From: Trueperaceae bacterium
Lineage (GTDB): Bacteria; Deinococcota; Deinococci; Deinococcales; Trueperaceae
Length of the DNA stretch: 64,000 nucleotides
NCBI GenBank assembly: GCA_965213705.1
Contig: OZ243913.1
Coordinates: forward strand, 2,976,001-3,040,000
Direction of reading: 5' to 3'
Made by a program: the position numbers and the translations under genes. Below, in pieces: positions 19,845 to 29,405 of the stretch. Every line of letters begins with the position of its first letter. Position 1 is the stretch's first letter. Under the pieces are notes generated by a model that saw only the letters and a list, made by a program, of their open reading frames with translations, did not search any database and had not been told where the DNA came from.

Positions 19845-20612
19845 TTACGCGCCCAACCGGTGACGAACCCACACGTTCGGCTCGACGTAAACCGCGTGGT
19901 TTTGTGTCAGCGACACGTAGACGGGCACCAGGGCTCCTGGGACCGCACAGGGACCGTCTTTGTTGAAGGGCAAGCCGGTCCAGGCTCGCCACGCTGCCAG
20001 CGAGCCCGCGACGACCATCGAGTGCGGCGCGACCTTGATGATTCTCCCGCCGGCCCGCACGTGCACCCGGAGCCAGGGGTCGACGGGCAGGCCGTCGTCA
20101 CGCAGCTCAAAGGCGTAGGCCTGGACGGACTTGTTCGGCTGTTGAGCTTTGTGGCTCGGGCGCACGGGGGCGAACAGGTCGCCGAAACCCAACCGCTTTG
20201 CGTTGGCGCACATGGCTTGCACCACCTGTACCGACAAACCGCGCCCTTGGGCTTGCGGACGCAGGGTTATCTCGAGCGCGGACACCGCGTTGGGTGTGCG
20301 CCCTAAAAAATGGTCCTGGTCGGCCCAACGCACGACCGTGTCCCAACCGCCGTCGGGCAACTCGGTACGCCCAAAAGCCTCGCCAAAACAAAAGGGGACG
20401 CTGAAAGCCCGGCCCAGCAAGGTGTTCGGGGTGTCGTCGTCGTAAGCGACGAGGGCAAACTCTTTAAAGCGTGCGAACCTGCCCTCGGCAAAGTATAGGT
20501 TGGCTAGCGGGTCCTCGAGCATAAACCGCGGCCAGGCCGCCGTGAGGTCGTCGTCCCACAGCTCCAGCTCGAGCGCGGGTTCGTCTGTTAAAGGAATAAC
20601 TTTGAAGGCCAC
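19845..20612 (-). CDS. GNAT-fold N-acetyltransferase-like protein
   Basis: QGRGLS acetyl-CoA motif; APVRP, DPWLRVH, VYVEPNVW. Confidence 0.75.
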   Translation of the reverse strand: MAFKVIPLTDEPALELELWDDDLTAAWPRFMLEDPLANLYFAEGRFARFKEFALVAYDDDTPNTLLGRAFSVPFCFGEAFGRTELPDGGWDTVVRWADQDHFLGRTPNAVSALEITLRPQAQGRGLSVQVVQAMCANAKRLGFGDLFAPVRPSHKAQQPNKSVQAYAFELRDDGLPVDPWLRVHVRAGGRIIKVAPHSMVVAGSLAAWRAWTGLPFNKDGPCAVPGALVPVYVSLTQNHAVYVEPNVWVRHRLGA

Positions 20613-20805
20613 GGCTCAAGCCTCGGGACAAGCGGCATCGGGGCGAACAGGTTTGTAACCCACGCCGAGTCTGAGCTGTCGGCGTGGCGCGGCGACGTCA
20701 AAGCACCTGCCGAACGCGGCCCGACGGGCCGAATTGAGAGAGCCCGGCGGGTTGAAACCTGACGGCTGCCGGCAACCGTTTAGGGCGTTCAGCCTGGCGA
20801 GCCCG

Positions 20806-20880
20806 GAAACTGTGCCTTTGTAAACTGTGTCTTCGGAAACTATGTCCTTAGAAACCATGTCTTCGGAAACCATGTTTTAC
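20806..20880. repeat. 15-bp tandem repeat, five degenerate copies
   Basis: GAAACTGTGCCTTTG / TAAACTGTGTCTTCG / GAAACTATGTCCTTA / GAAACCATGTCTTCG / GAAACCATGTTTTAC. Confidence 0.88.
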
Positions 20881-20960
20881 CCTAAACCTTTTGGCAGGCA
20901 CCGTCAACGGCGGACGAATCCCCTTATGCCACCCCACCCGCCTTGTTACACTGCGCGTTC

Positions 20961-21653
20961 ATGCGCGTCTTCGCTATCGCCGACCCCCACCTGTCCCGCG
21001 CCGCCCCCAAACCGATGGACGTGTTCGGCGAGGGTTGGGCGGGACACCCCGAACTTTTCTTCCGGCGTTGGCGCGAGACGGTCTCGGACGGCGACTTAGT
21101 GCTCGTACCCGGTGACATTTCTTGGGCGATGAGTTTGGAGGACGCACTGCTCGACTTGCAAGACTTAGCAGCCCTGCCCGGTGACAAAGTCATTTTGCGC
21201 GGCAACCACGACTACTGGTGGCCCGCCGTCGGCAAGCTGCGCGCGGCGCTGCCGGCGGGGATGTTCGCCCTGCAAAACGACGCGCTCAAATGCGGTTCGG
21301 TGGTCGTCGCGGGGACGCGCGGCTGGACGAGTCCCGGTGCGTTCGACTTTGCTGAAAAAGACGAGAAGATTTATGCCCGCGAGACGGAGCGCTTGAAGCT
21401 TTCTTTGAAAGCCGCCGGCAAGCTGTCGGGTGAAAAGTTCGTCGTGATGCTCCACTACCCGCCGACGAACGCGCGGCTCGAGCCCTCGCCCCTGACCGAA
21501 CTGCTGCGCCACGCCGCGCCGGACGCGGTCGTTTACGGTCACGTTCACGGCGAACAGGCGGACGCTGCCGTACCCGACTTGGGCGACACCGCGGTTCACT
21601 TTGTGGCCGCCGACGCCCTCGGGTTTAAACCCAAGCTTTTGTTCGAACTCTAA
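20961..21653 (+). CDS. Calcineurin-like metallophosphoesterase
   Basis: DPH, GDISW, GNHD, H, GHVH motifs. Confidence 0.9.
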   Translation: MRVFAIADPHLSRAAPKPMDVFGEGWAGHPELFFRRWRETVSDGDLVLVPGDISWAMSLEDALLDLQDLAALPGDKVILRGNHDYWWPAVGKLRAALPAGMFALQNDALKCGSVVVAGTRGWTSPGAFDFAEKDEKIYARETERLKLSLKAAGKLSGEKFVVMLHYPPTNARLEPSPLTELLRHAAPDAVVYGHVHGEQADAAVPDLGDTAVHFVAADALGFKPKLLFEL

Positions 21654-22699
21654 AAGCGCAGGTTCACACCGGCCGTCAACACCGCGTCGACGTGGTTGAG
21701 CGGCGCAAAGGCGTAACTCGTCGTGAGTTGCCCGTACAGTCCGACGCGTTCCGACAACAAATATTCGAAACCGAAAGGAATTTCCAACAGCGCCGCGCTG
21801 CCTCCCGGGCGGAAGCTGAAACCGGGGCCTATGCCGCCGTACAGGGCGAGGTTTTCGTCAAAAGCGCGCAGGCGCACGGTGGCGTCGGCGCTGACACGCA
21901 GCTCGTTCGCGCCGCTGTTGAGGACAAACCGCGCCACGACACCGACCGGACCCAACAACGCGTCGTAGCCGACTTGCGCGCCGAAGTAAACGTCGCCCGA
22001 GGTCGACACGACGCCGGGAGCGAAGCCAACGTAAAAGGGCCGGGCGCTGTCGCTCAAAAAAGTGACGGCGGGCGTGTCGCTGCCGGCTGGTGTGCCTACG
22101 CTGCCCACCGACCCAGCCGGCGCACTGTTCTCACCGTCAGCCGCGGCCAGCGCCTCGGCAGCCGTCAGCGGCACCTCGTTCGGGTCGAGCGGGGTAGCCG
22201 GGAAAACCTGTCTGCCCAAGACGGTGTTCAGTTCGCTCTCGACACTGACCAAGCGCTCTTCCAGCGCCCGAACATACGCGACCGAGGCGGCTTCTTCCAG
22301 GCCGGCCTCGAGCCTCGCCACCCGGGCCCCCATGTCGCTCACCGGGCCGAGTTCCTCGGCGGCTTGCCGCAGCGAGTCCATAAACGCTTCGTCACCACTC
22401 AGGACGTTGACGAGACTGTCCAGGTAGTCGACGAGCCTGGCAGCGATAACGGCCGCTTCGTAGCGGGACAACCCCTTGGTTCCGCCGAACGTGCCGTCGG
22501 GGTAACCGGTGAAAATACCCTGCGCGGTCACCTGCCGGAGCGCCTCGTAGGCCCAGTGCGTCGGCGCGACGTCCGCGAAACGCTCCGGGGCGGCTTGAAC
22601 AGCGCCCACCGGCAACCTCTCTTGTCCGACTTGCCCGAGCCCAAAACCCATCCCTAACAAACCTGTTAGGAGCAGCCAGAAAAAACGAAATTGGGACAT
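21650..22699 (-). CDS. SLH-domain protein with coiled coil and C-terminal outer-membrane beta-barrel
   Basis: FADV.PTHWAY...GYPDGTFGG...SRYEAA SLH motif; alternating beta strands ending GVNLRF; GAGGAG RBS. Confidence 0.85.
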   Translation of the reverse strand: MSQFRFFWLLLTGLLGMGFGLGQVGQERLPVGAVQAAPERFADVAPTHWAYEALRQVTAQGIFTGYPDGTFGGTKGLSRYEAAVIAARLVDYLDSLVNVLSGDEAFMDSLRQAAEELGPVSDMGARVARLEAGLEEAASVAYVRALEERLVSVESELNTVLGRQVFPATPLDPNEVPLTAAEALAAADGENSAPAGSVGSVGTPAGSDTPAVTFLSDSARPFYVGFAPGVVSTSGDVYFGAQVGYDALLGPVGVVARFVLNSGANELRVSADATVRLRAFDENLALYGGIGPGFSFRPGGSAALLEIPFGFEYLLSERVGLYGQLTTSYAFAPLNHVDAVLTAGVNLRF

Positions 22700-22802
22700 T
22701 GTTCTCCTCCTCACGCTATCCTACGCAGTTTTGGGGAGGAAGAATGAAAGAAAAGGAACTTAAACAGGCGCTCAGGTTCCTTTTTGCCCGGCTTGACCGG
22801 GT

Positions 22803-23195
22803 TTACAGGGCCAGGGGTTGGGGCTTCGACCTTTCCAGGGGTAACTTAGAGCCCTCATTGAGGCGGTGGTAGTGCGTGATGGCGTCTTGCCCTTTTTCCC
22901 AGCTCAAGTAAACTACCTCGGCCCCGACCTGGCTTGGGAAGTCCACGACGCCCGTGTCGACGTCGGTGAGAAAAATACCCAGACGGTCCAACTCGGCTTT
23001 CGTTTCGTGAACCGACCTCAGCAAAAAAGCTATTTCTTGCGCCTTGTTGCGCGCCGCGACACTGTGACCGCCGAGGCCTTTCAGGTCGTCGCGCAACCGG
23101 TAAGTGTCCTTGATAGCGCCCTGCATGTCACCGAGCAGTTCGTCCACTACGGGAATCAGGTTGTTGGCTTCCTCGACAGAAAACAGTTTGTACAT
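22803..23195 (-). CDS. DUF2203-like conserved protein
   Basis: FS.EEAN.L.P, D.DTG.VDFP, YLSW..G...I.HYH pattern (family recalled from memory). Confidence 0.78.
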   Translation of the reverse strand: MYKLFSVEEANNLIPVVDELLGDMQGAIKDTYRLRDDLKGLGGHSVAARNKAQEIAFLLRSVHETKAELDRLGIFLTDVDTGVVDFPSQVGAEVVYLSWEKGQDAITHYHRLNEGSKLPLERSKPQPLAL

Positions 23196-23365
23196 ACGCT
23201 TCCGTCCTTTCTCAGTATCCGAAGTTTACCCTGGCGGAGCGTCACCTTCCGTCAGCCTTTATACAAAATCTTAGTCTGGTAGACTAAAGTTTCGCCGTGA
23301 CGGCTGTGGCTTGACGCTTCAAAACCGGGTACGGCAAGACAAGCAGAGCAGCGGGTGTGGCAGCA

Positions 23366-23410
23366 GCGAGGGACTGGTGCGACGAGGGGCTGGGACGGCG
23401 AGGGGGTGCG
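23366..23410. repeat. G-rich 16-bp degenerate tandem repeat
   Basis: GCGAGGGACTGGTGCG / ACGAGGGGCTGGGACG / GCGAGGGGGTGCG. Confidence 0.55.
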
Positions 23411-23418
23411 TTCAGACG

Positions 23419-23446
23419 AAAAGACCGACTCTTTAAGAGTCGGTCT
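23419..23446 (-). terminator. Intrinsic terminator of htrA
   Basis: Perfect stem AGACCGACTC-tttaa-GAGTCGGTCT with a short T-run on the minus strand. Confidence 0.75.
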
Positions 23447-23494
23447 GCAGGGACATTTTTGTTGGATTTGGGCGCGCAGGGCGCGCGGTCCTCG

Positions 23495-25288
23495 TCAGTT
23501 GTTGGGGGTCGCCCCGGCGAGCGTCGCGTCGAGCGTTTGCTCCTCGCCGTTGCGCCAGATGCGCAGTTCGACCGGGTCGCCCACCTGCTGCTGAGAGATG
23601 ACCTCCTGCAGGGCTTGGGCGCTGTTCACCTCTTCGCCGTTGACGGCCAAAATCACGTCGCCGCCCGCAGCGTACTGTTGCCCGCTGGACTCGAGGGCGA
23701 ACTGCCCGCCGCGCAGACCCGCCGCCGCCGCCGGGCTGTCCGGCGCGACCTCGGTGACTACGACGCCGGCCTCGGGCAAGTTGAGGCTGCGGCGCACCTC
23801 GTCGGGATAAGCGCCTAGGTCCTGAATGACGACACCGAGGCGCGGGCCGGGCGTGGTTTCTCCGCGCGGTTCGGTTTCTGCTTGAAGCGGTTGCTCGCTG
23901 CGCGGCACGACGCTCAGGGTCACCTCGACGGTTTGCTCCCGACCGTCGCGCAAGACGGTCAACTCCAGGGTGTCGCCTTCGCTCTTGCCCAGCACGATGT
24001 CGCGCAGGGTGTTGGCGTCCTCCAAAGTTTGGCCGTCCACCGCCGTAATCACGTCGCCGCCGACCTCGACGGACGTGCCGCCGATGTCGATGCTCGAGCT
24101 GCCGCCCTCGAGCCCGGCCTGGGCCGCGGGACTGCCGGCTTCGACCGTGCGCACCACCGCGCCGTTGTCGGGCAGGTTGAAGCTCTCGCGGACGCTCTCC
24201 GGGAAGGCTCGCACGTCGGCGAAAGTAATCCCGATGCGGGGTCGTGAGCGGATGTCGGCAAAACCGCCCTCTTGCAGTTCGGCCAGGTTTTGTTGCAACA
24301 GGTTGCTCGGCACCGCGAAACCGATGCCCAAGTTACCGCGCTCGCCGTTGAAGGCCGAGCCGGGGATAATCGCCGTGTTGATGCCGATGAGTTCGCCACG
24401 CGAGTTCAGCAGCGGGCCGCCCGAGTTGCCGGGGTTGATGGCGGCGTCGGTCTGGACGAGCGGGATGTTGGTCTCGCCCACGCCGGGCAGCGAGCGGCTC
24501 ACGCCCGACACGATGCCGGTCGTGACCGTCGAGGCGAAGCCGAAGGGGTTGCCGATGGCGATGGTTTTTTGACCGACTTTCAGGTCGTCCGAGTCGGCTA
24601 AGGGAATCGGCCGAACCTCCGCGGGCAGGTCGTCCGGGTTCTCGAGCTGGAGCAGCGCCAGGTCGTAGAGCACGTTGACGCCGACAACTCGTACCGGAAA
24701 CTCTTTGTCGCTGGACGGAAACGTGACCGTCAGGCGGGCGTTGTCGAGCGGCGTCACGCTGTCCTCTTGAAGGGCCGTTCTCGCCACGTGGTAGTTGGTG
24801 ATGATGTCACCCTGGTCGCTCACCACGAAACCGCTGCCCGAGCCTTGCTGCCGGAACTCGCCGAGGTCGTCTTGCTGGTCGCCTTGTTGGTCGTCTTGTG
24901 GCTGCGGCAGTTGAAAAAAGCGCCGAAACTCAGGCGGGATGCGGTCCGGCGAAAAACCTTGGCCGAACGGGTCGACGCGCTGACCACGCACCTCGACGTT
25001 CACCGCGACGACGCTCGGGCCGTAGGCGGCGATGACGTCGGTCGTGTTTTGCTCGTCTTGCAGCAACGCCTGGGCCTCGTCGAGCCGCGCGACGCTCTGC
25101 GAGGCGTCCGGTTGAGCCGTTTCCTGCGGGGTCTGCTGCGCGAGCTGCCCCGCGTCCTGGGTCGCTGAGTCTTGGGCCGAGTCTTGCGCTTGCACCCCGT
25201 GTGGCAACAGCTGCGCCCGGTCGAGCAGGCCGAAACCGCCGACCGCGAGCAGGGCTGTTGCCACCAACGCTAAAACGCTTCTTTTCAT
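23495..25288 (-). CDS. htrA: HtrA/DegP serine protease with two PDZ domains
   Basis: Signal peptide; GSGSGF, TNYHV, DLA, TDAAINPGNSGGPL; two PDZ repeats. Confidence 0.94.
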   Translation of the reverse strand: MKRSVLALVATALLAVGGFGLLDRAQLLPHGVQAQDSAQDSATQDAGQLAQQTPQETAQPDASQSVARLDEAQALLQDEQNTTDVIAAYGPSVVAVNVEVRGQRVDPFGQGFSPDRIPPEFRRFFQLPQPQDDQQGDQQDDLGEFRQQGSGSGFVVSDQGDIITNYHVARTALQEDSVTPLDNARLTVTFPSSDKEFPVRVVGVNVLYDLALLQLENPDDLPAEVRPIPLADSDDLKVGQKTIAIGNPFGFASTVTTGIVSGVSRSLPGVGETNIPLVQTDAAINPGNSGGPLLNSRGELIGINTAIIPGSAFNGERGNLGIGFAVPSNLLQQNLAELQEGGFADIRSRPRIGITFADVRAFPESVRESFNLPDNGAVVRTVEAGSPAAQAGLEGGSSSIDIGGTSVEVGGDVITAVDGQTLEDANTLRDIVLGKSEGDTLELTVLRDGREQTVEVTLSVVPRSEQPLQAETEPRGETTPGPRLGVVIQDLGAYPDEVRRSLNLPEAGVVVTEVAPDSPAAAAGLRGGQFALESSGQQYAAGGDVILAVNGEEVNSAQALQEVISQQQVGDPVELRIWRNGEEQTLDATLAGATPNN

Positions 25289-25440
25289 ACAGGTGATGCT
25301 CCGTTCCGTGCGAAAAATTCTATGCGAAAAATCGCACAAGTTCTCATAAAAGGATAGTCGCCGCAAGTGAGACGGCTTGCCTAACGAGATTAAGAACGTG
25401 AGAGACACAGTTTGTAACCGACGATACAGATGTGAAAACG

Positions 25441-26379
25441 CTAAGAACTCGCGGGCTCTCCCACCTTGTTCAAAAGCAACACGAGCCCGACGCCTGCCAG
25501 CAACAGCGCGAAAGAGGCAACCGTCAGCCAGCTTAACCGTCCGTTCATAAAAAGCTGCGGCCAGGTGTTTGTGCCGACCAAAGTGCTTGCATCCAGACCG
25601 TCTACGTTTTTCCAGGGCCAGATTTTGCGCAGGCTGCCGAGCATAAAACCGGTGAGCAAGGCGATGGTGAGGGTGTAATAACGGGCGAACAACCAGCCGA
25701 GCAGACGAACGAAACTCAGCAGCCCGACGAGCGCGCCCAGGCCGAACAGCGCGACGGCGACCAGGTCGAAGTGGCTGACGGCCTCCAGCACGTAGACGTA
25801 CTTGCCCAACAGCAGCAAGATAAACGCGCCCGAAATACCGGGCAACACCATCGCGCAAATCGCCAGGGCACCGCTCAAGAACAAAAACCAGGGCGAGTTC
25901 GGCGTCGTGGTCGGGCTCAAGCCGACGAGCACGAACGCGCCCACGGCGCTTACAACGAGCGCGGCGAGCGGGACAAAATTCCAGCGCTGTACCCGCCGCC
26001 CCACCACGAACACCGAAGCCAAAATGAGGCCGAAAAAAAGGCTGTAAAGAAGGGTTTGCTGGGTTTCCAACAGCCAGGTAATAAGGTGTGCGAACACCAG
26101 CACCGCGGTGGCGATGCCTGCAACCAGCGCGACCAGAAAACGGCCGTTGACCGCTTCAAACGCGGCGGCTATCTTAAAACCGCGCAGCGCCTTCCAAAAC
26201 GCGGCCCCGCTCACCTGTTGCAGGCTCAAAATCAGGGTTTCGTAAATGCCCAGGATGAGCGCCATCGTCCCGCCGGACACGCCCGGAACGACGTCGGCCG
26301 AGCCCATGACGAGGCCCTTGAGGTAAACCACAAGGCTGTCTTTCAGGGTTGGAGGACGGGGTGAGGTCGGCGCGCTCAT
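25441..26379 (-). CDS. DUF368 family membrane protein (putative undecaprenyl-phosphate translocase)
   Basis: MGSADVVPGVSGGT and MVLPGISGA repeats, GSL.KIWPW. Confidence 0.9.
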   Translation of the reverse strand: MSAPTSPRPPTLKDSLVVYLKGLVMGSADVVPGVSGGTMALILGIYETLILSLQQVSGAAFWKALRGFKIAAAFEAVNGRFLVALVAGIATAVLVFAHLITWLLETQQTLLYSLFFGLILASVFVVGRRVQRWNFVPLAALVVSAVGAFVLVGLSPTTTPNSPWFLFLSGALAICAMVLPGISGAFILLLLGKYVYVLEAVSHFDLVAVALFGLGALVGLLSFVRLLGWLFARYYTLTIALLTGFMLGSLRKIWPWKNVDGLDASTLVGTNTWPQLFMNGRLSWLTVASFALLLAGVGLVLLLNKVGEPASS

Positions 26380-26562
26380 AGCTCGAGCCCCGTTGTACCA
26401 TTCCCAGGCTCCGCGCGACGTGAACTTCAACCCACAGACGCTCCTACCGTGAGACCCGCAGCACCCCGCGCAACCCGACCACACCGAGCCGACCCCTCGC
26501 CGAACGACCCTACCGAGCAAGGACGAGCAAAGACCGGGTGCCAAAGGTGCTAGGGTAACAGC

Positions 26563-27768
26563 GTGCCCGAAAAACCCGCAAAAACGTTTGCGCCAAATTC
26601 CAACCGGGCCACTGGTTTAACCGTCACGCCCAAGGGTATGCGGCGAGTGCGCGCGGGCCACCCGTGGGTGTTCGCGAACGACCTTCGGCCCAATCCCCGC
26701 CCGGCGACGCCCGGCGTCGTGAACGTTTTGGACCCCGGCGGGACGCTGGTCGGACAGGCCCTGTTCAACCCTGTTTCGAAGATAGCCCTGCGTTTGGTCA
26801 CCGCGGGGGAGCAGCCGGTCACGGCCGACTTGTTCCGGGAACGGGTGCGGGCGGCGGTTCGCTACCGTGAGCGCGCCGCGCAGGGTTTCGAGGCGTTCCG
26901 GGTCGTCCACAGCGAGGCGGACGGGCTGCCGGGCCTTACGGTCGACAAGTACGCGGACGTCTTGGTCTTGCAGCAACACGCCGCGGCCTTGGAACCGTTC
27001 ATGCCCGCCGTGCTGGACGAACTTGTGCAGGCCTACGGGCCGTCGGGCATCTTGGCGCGGAACGACGGCCCGGTGCGCGCCCTCGAGGGCTTACCCCGGC
27101 GCACCGAAGTGGTGATGGGCAGCGTGCCGGAAGAAGTGGCTTTTACCGAGGGCGCGGTCACGCTGTTCGCCGCCCCCTACAGCGGCCAGAAAACGGGCGC
27201 GTTTTTGGACCAGCGTGAGAACCACGTTTTTGCGGGGACGCTCTCCCAGGGGCGAGCGCTCGACGTGTTCAGCTACCACGGCGGCTTCGCGCTGGCGCTG
27301 GCGCGGCAAGCTGACAGCGTGGTGGCCCTGGACTCGAGCGCCCCGGCCTTGGAGCACCTGGCGAACGCGGCCCGTCGCAACGCCCTGAACAACGTCACGA
27401 CCGTGCGCGGCGACGCCTTCGCGCAGCTGCGCGCGCTCAACGCGGCGGGCGAACAGTTCGACACCGTCGTCCTCGACCCGCCCGCCTTTGCCAAAGGCCG
27501 CAGTCACGTGGAGGGGGCGCTGGCGGGCTACAAAGACATCAACCTGCAAGCTTTCAAACTGCTCGGCCCCGGCGGGATACTCGTCACGGCGAGTTGCAGT
27601 CATCACCTGAGCGACGCCGACTTTTACGCTACACTTCAAGAAGCGGCCGCCGACGCCGAGCGCAACGTGCGCGTTCTGGCCCGCCGCACCCAGGCGGCTT
27701 GCCATCCCGAGTTGCTCGCTTTGCCGGAGACGCACTATCTCAAGCTGGTGGCGCTCGAGGTCTTGTAA
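26563..27768 (+). CDS. RlmI-like 23S rRNA m5C methyltransferase
   Basis: PUA-like GHPWVF, SEADGLPG, GQKTGAFLDQR, LDPPAF, SCS, YLK. Confidence 0.9.
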   Translation: MPEKPAKTFAPNSNRATGLTVTPKGMRRVRAGHPWVFANDLRPNPRPATPGVVNVLDPGGTLVGQALFNPVSKIALRLVTAGEQPVTADLFRERVRAAVRYRERAAQGFEAFRVVHSEADGLPGLTVDKYADVLVLQQHAAALEPFMPAVLDELVQAYGPSGILARNDGPVRALEGLPRRTEVVMGSVPEEVAFTEGAVTLFAAPYSGQKTGAFLDQRENHVFAGTLSQGRALDVFSYHGGFALALARQADSVVALDSSAPALEHLANAARRNALNNVTTVRGDAFAQLRALNAAGEQFDTVVLDPPAFAKGRSHVEGALAGYKDINLQAFKLLGPGGILVTASCSHHLSDADFYATLQEAAADAERNVRVLARRTQAACHPELLALPETHYLKLVALEVL

Positions 27769-27812
27769 AAAGGCTGGACACCGTCTGGGCGGACCGTCGT
27801 TCAGGCAGTTGC

Positions 27813-27894
27813 TTCAGGAGCAGTGATTCAAGAGCGATGAACTGGGAGCGATGACCCAAAAGCGGTAACTTAGGAGCAACGGTTTAGGAGAGGC
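27813..27894 (+). repeat. 14-bp degenerate tandem array of six SD-like units ending at the next start codon
   Basis: TTCAGGAGCAGTGA / TTCAAGAGCGATGA / ACTGGGAGCGATGA / CCCAAAAGCGGTAA / CTTAGGAGCAACGG / TTTAGGAGAGGC then ATG. Confidence 0.75.
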
Positions 27895-28167
27895 ATGGCC
27901 GACACCCCGTTTCACCAACAAATGTTGCAAAGCTTACAAGAGGTAGGGCTTACGGACCGCGAGGTCGCCGCGCTCGCCGGTCAACTCGTTTGGCGCATCG
28001 GGCGGCTGGCGGAAGACGCCCCGGTGACGGTCCGGGTCGGTTTGGCGAGCAGCGTGCCGCTTTTCAACGAGCTGCCCAAACTCCGCAACGCTTCGGAAAC
28101 CGAAATCGAAGCGGCGCTCGCCGAGGGCGACGTCCGTGTGGAATGGGTCGGGCGCACGCTCGCCTAG
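27895..28167 (+). CDS. DUF3248-like Deinococcota protein
   Basis: LVWRIGR...VRVGLAS...RVEWV pattern (family recalled from memory); AGGAG RBS. Confidence 0.75.
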   Translation: MADTPFHQQMLQSLQEVGLTDREVAALAGQLVWRIGRLAEDAPVTVRVGLASSVPLFNELPKLRNASETEIEAALAEGDVRVEWVGRTLA

Positions 28168-28190
28168 TTGGTAGTGACGACACTTATTCT

Positions 28191-28694
28191 ATGAACTTGT
28201 CCCACGCCGTCACGTTTACCTTCGACCTGAGCCTGCCGCCCGCCGCCGCTACCAGGTTCGTGCGCGACGTGCCGCTGAGCCTCAGCAAAGCGGACTTTAT
28301 CGAAAACTTGCAAGTTGCCGACAACGTCGTCACCGCCCACCTGCCGGTCAACGCCGCGCTGTTCGGCCAACAACGTTTAGAGTTCAGCAGCCGGCTTCAC
28401 CCGACCGAGCGCGGCGCACGGCTCGAGGCCTTGCACCTCGACACCGACGCGCCGGGTTGGGCCGAGGTTGCGGGCGAAGCCCAGGTCGACAGCGCGCCCG
28501 GCGGCAGCGCTGTCGAGTACCGTTTCGACATCACCATTCACCTCAAGTTGCCCACGCCCGAAAAGTGGGGCGGCAAGGCCCTGGTCAAGATGATAGAATT
28601 TACGGCGCAACGCGTGCTCGAGAACATCACCGCCAACTTCCCCACCGCCGTGCAAGCGGCCGCGCAAGAGGCCGAAGCGGCCTACGCGGCGTAA
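28191..28694 (+). CDS. DUF3809-like Deinococcota protein
   Basis: GWAEVAG and EKWGGKALVKM motifs (family recalled from memory). Confidence 0.72.
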   Translation: MNLSHAVTFTFDLSLPPAAATRFVRDVPLSLSKADFIENLQVADNVVTAHLPVNAALFGQQRLEFSSRLHPTERGARLEALHLDTDAPGWAEVAGEAQVDSAPGGSAVEYRFDITIHLKLPTPEKWGGKALVKMIEFTAQRVLENITANFPTAVQAAAQEAEAAYAA

Positions 28695-28706
28695 AAGAAG
28701 GACCGA

Positions 28707-29306
28707 GTGGACAGTAAAAGACTTTCTCTCACGCAGCCGAACAAAGGGCGAAACTTGAGGCTCACAAACGCGACCGTGACCGGCGTCAGCCGAGACGGAG
28801 AGCACGCTTTCAGCAAAAAACCCCAGGACAATATCCGTTTAGTGGCGGGTTTGGGTGTCCAAGGCGACGCGCACGCGGGCCGGATGGTGCAGCACCGCTC
28901 GAGGGTCGCCGTCGACCCCACGCAACCCAACTTGCGTCAGGTCCACCTTATCCACTCGGAGTTGTTTGACGAACTGCACACCGCCGGCTTCAGGGTGACG
29001 GCCGGACAACTGGGTGAGAACGCCACGACCAGGGGGCTCGACCTCTTGAACCTGCCGCGCGGAACTCGCTTGCACGTAGGAGAGAACGCCGTGCTCGAGG
29101 TGACGGGCCTGCGCAACCCTTGCGCTCAGCTGGACACCTTTCAGCCGGGGTTGTTGGCGGCGGTGTTGGGCCGTGCTGAAGACGGTAGCTTGATTCGCAA
29201 GGCTGGCATCATGTCCATCGTTTTAGAAAGCGGCGAGGTGCGACCGGGCGACTCTGTCCGGGTCGTGTTGCCGCCCGAGCCGCACACGAAACTTGAGCGC
29301 GTTTGA
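28707..29306 (+). CDS. MOSC domain protein
   Basis: GDAH, RQVHL, GEN.TT.G, RNPC, G.VRPGD. Confidence 0.9.
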   Translation: MDSKRLSLTQPNKGRNLRLTNATVTGVSRDGEHAFSKKPQDNIRLVAGLGVQGDAHAGRMVQHRSRVAVDPTQPNLRQVHLIHSELFDELHTAGFRVTAGQLGENATTRGLDLLNLPRGTRLHVGENAVLEVTGLRNPCAQLDTFQPGLLAAVLGRAEDGSLIRKAGIMSIVLESGEVRPGDSVRVVLPPEPHTKLERV

Positions 29307-29405
29307 GCTGCACGAAACGGCTTTATTATTTCAAGACCTCGAGACGAAGGGGCTATAATTCTCCCTTTTAGGAGAGCTGGCTCGAAGAGACCGAGGGGTC
29401 CGCCC

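Noticed and set aside
26430..26545. C/A-rich low-complexity spacer between the DUF368 and rlmI-like genes
   Set aside because: Only a short CGAGCAA duplication and vague periodicity; no definable unit.
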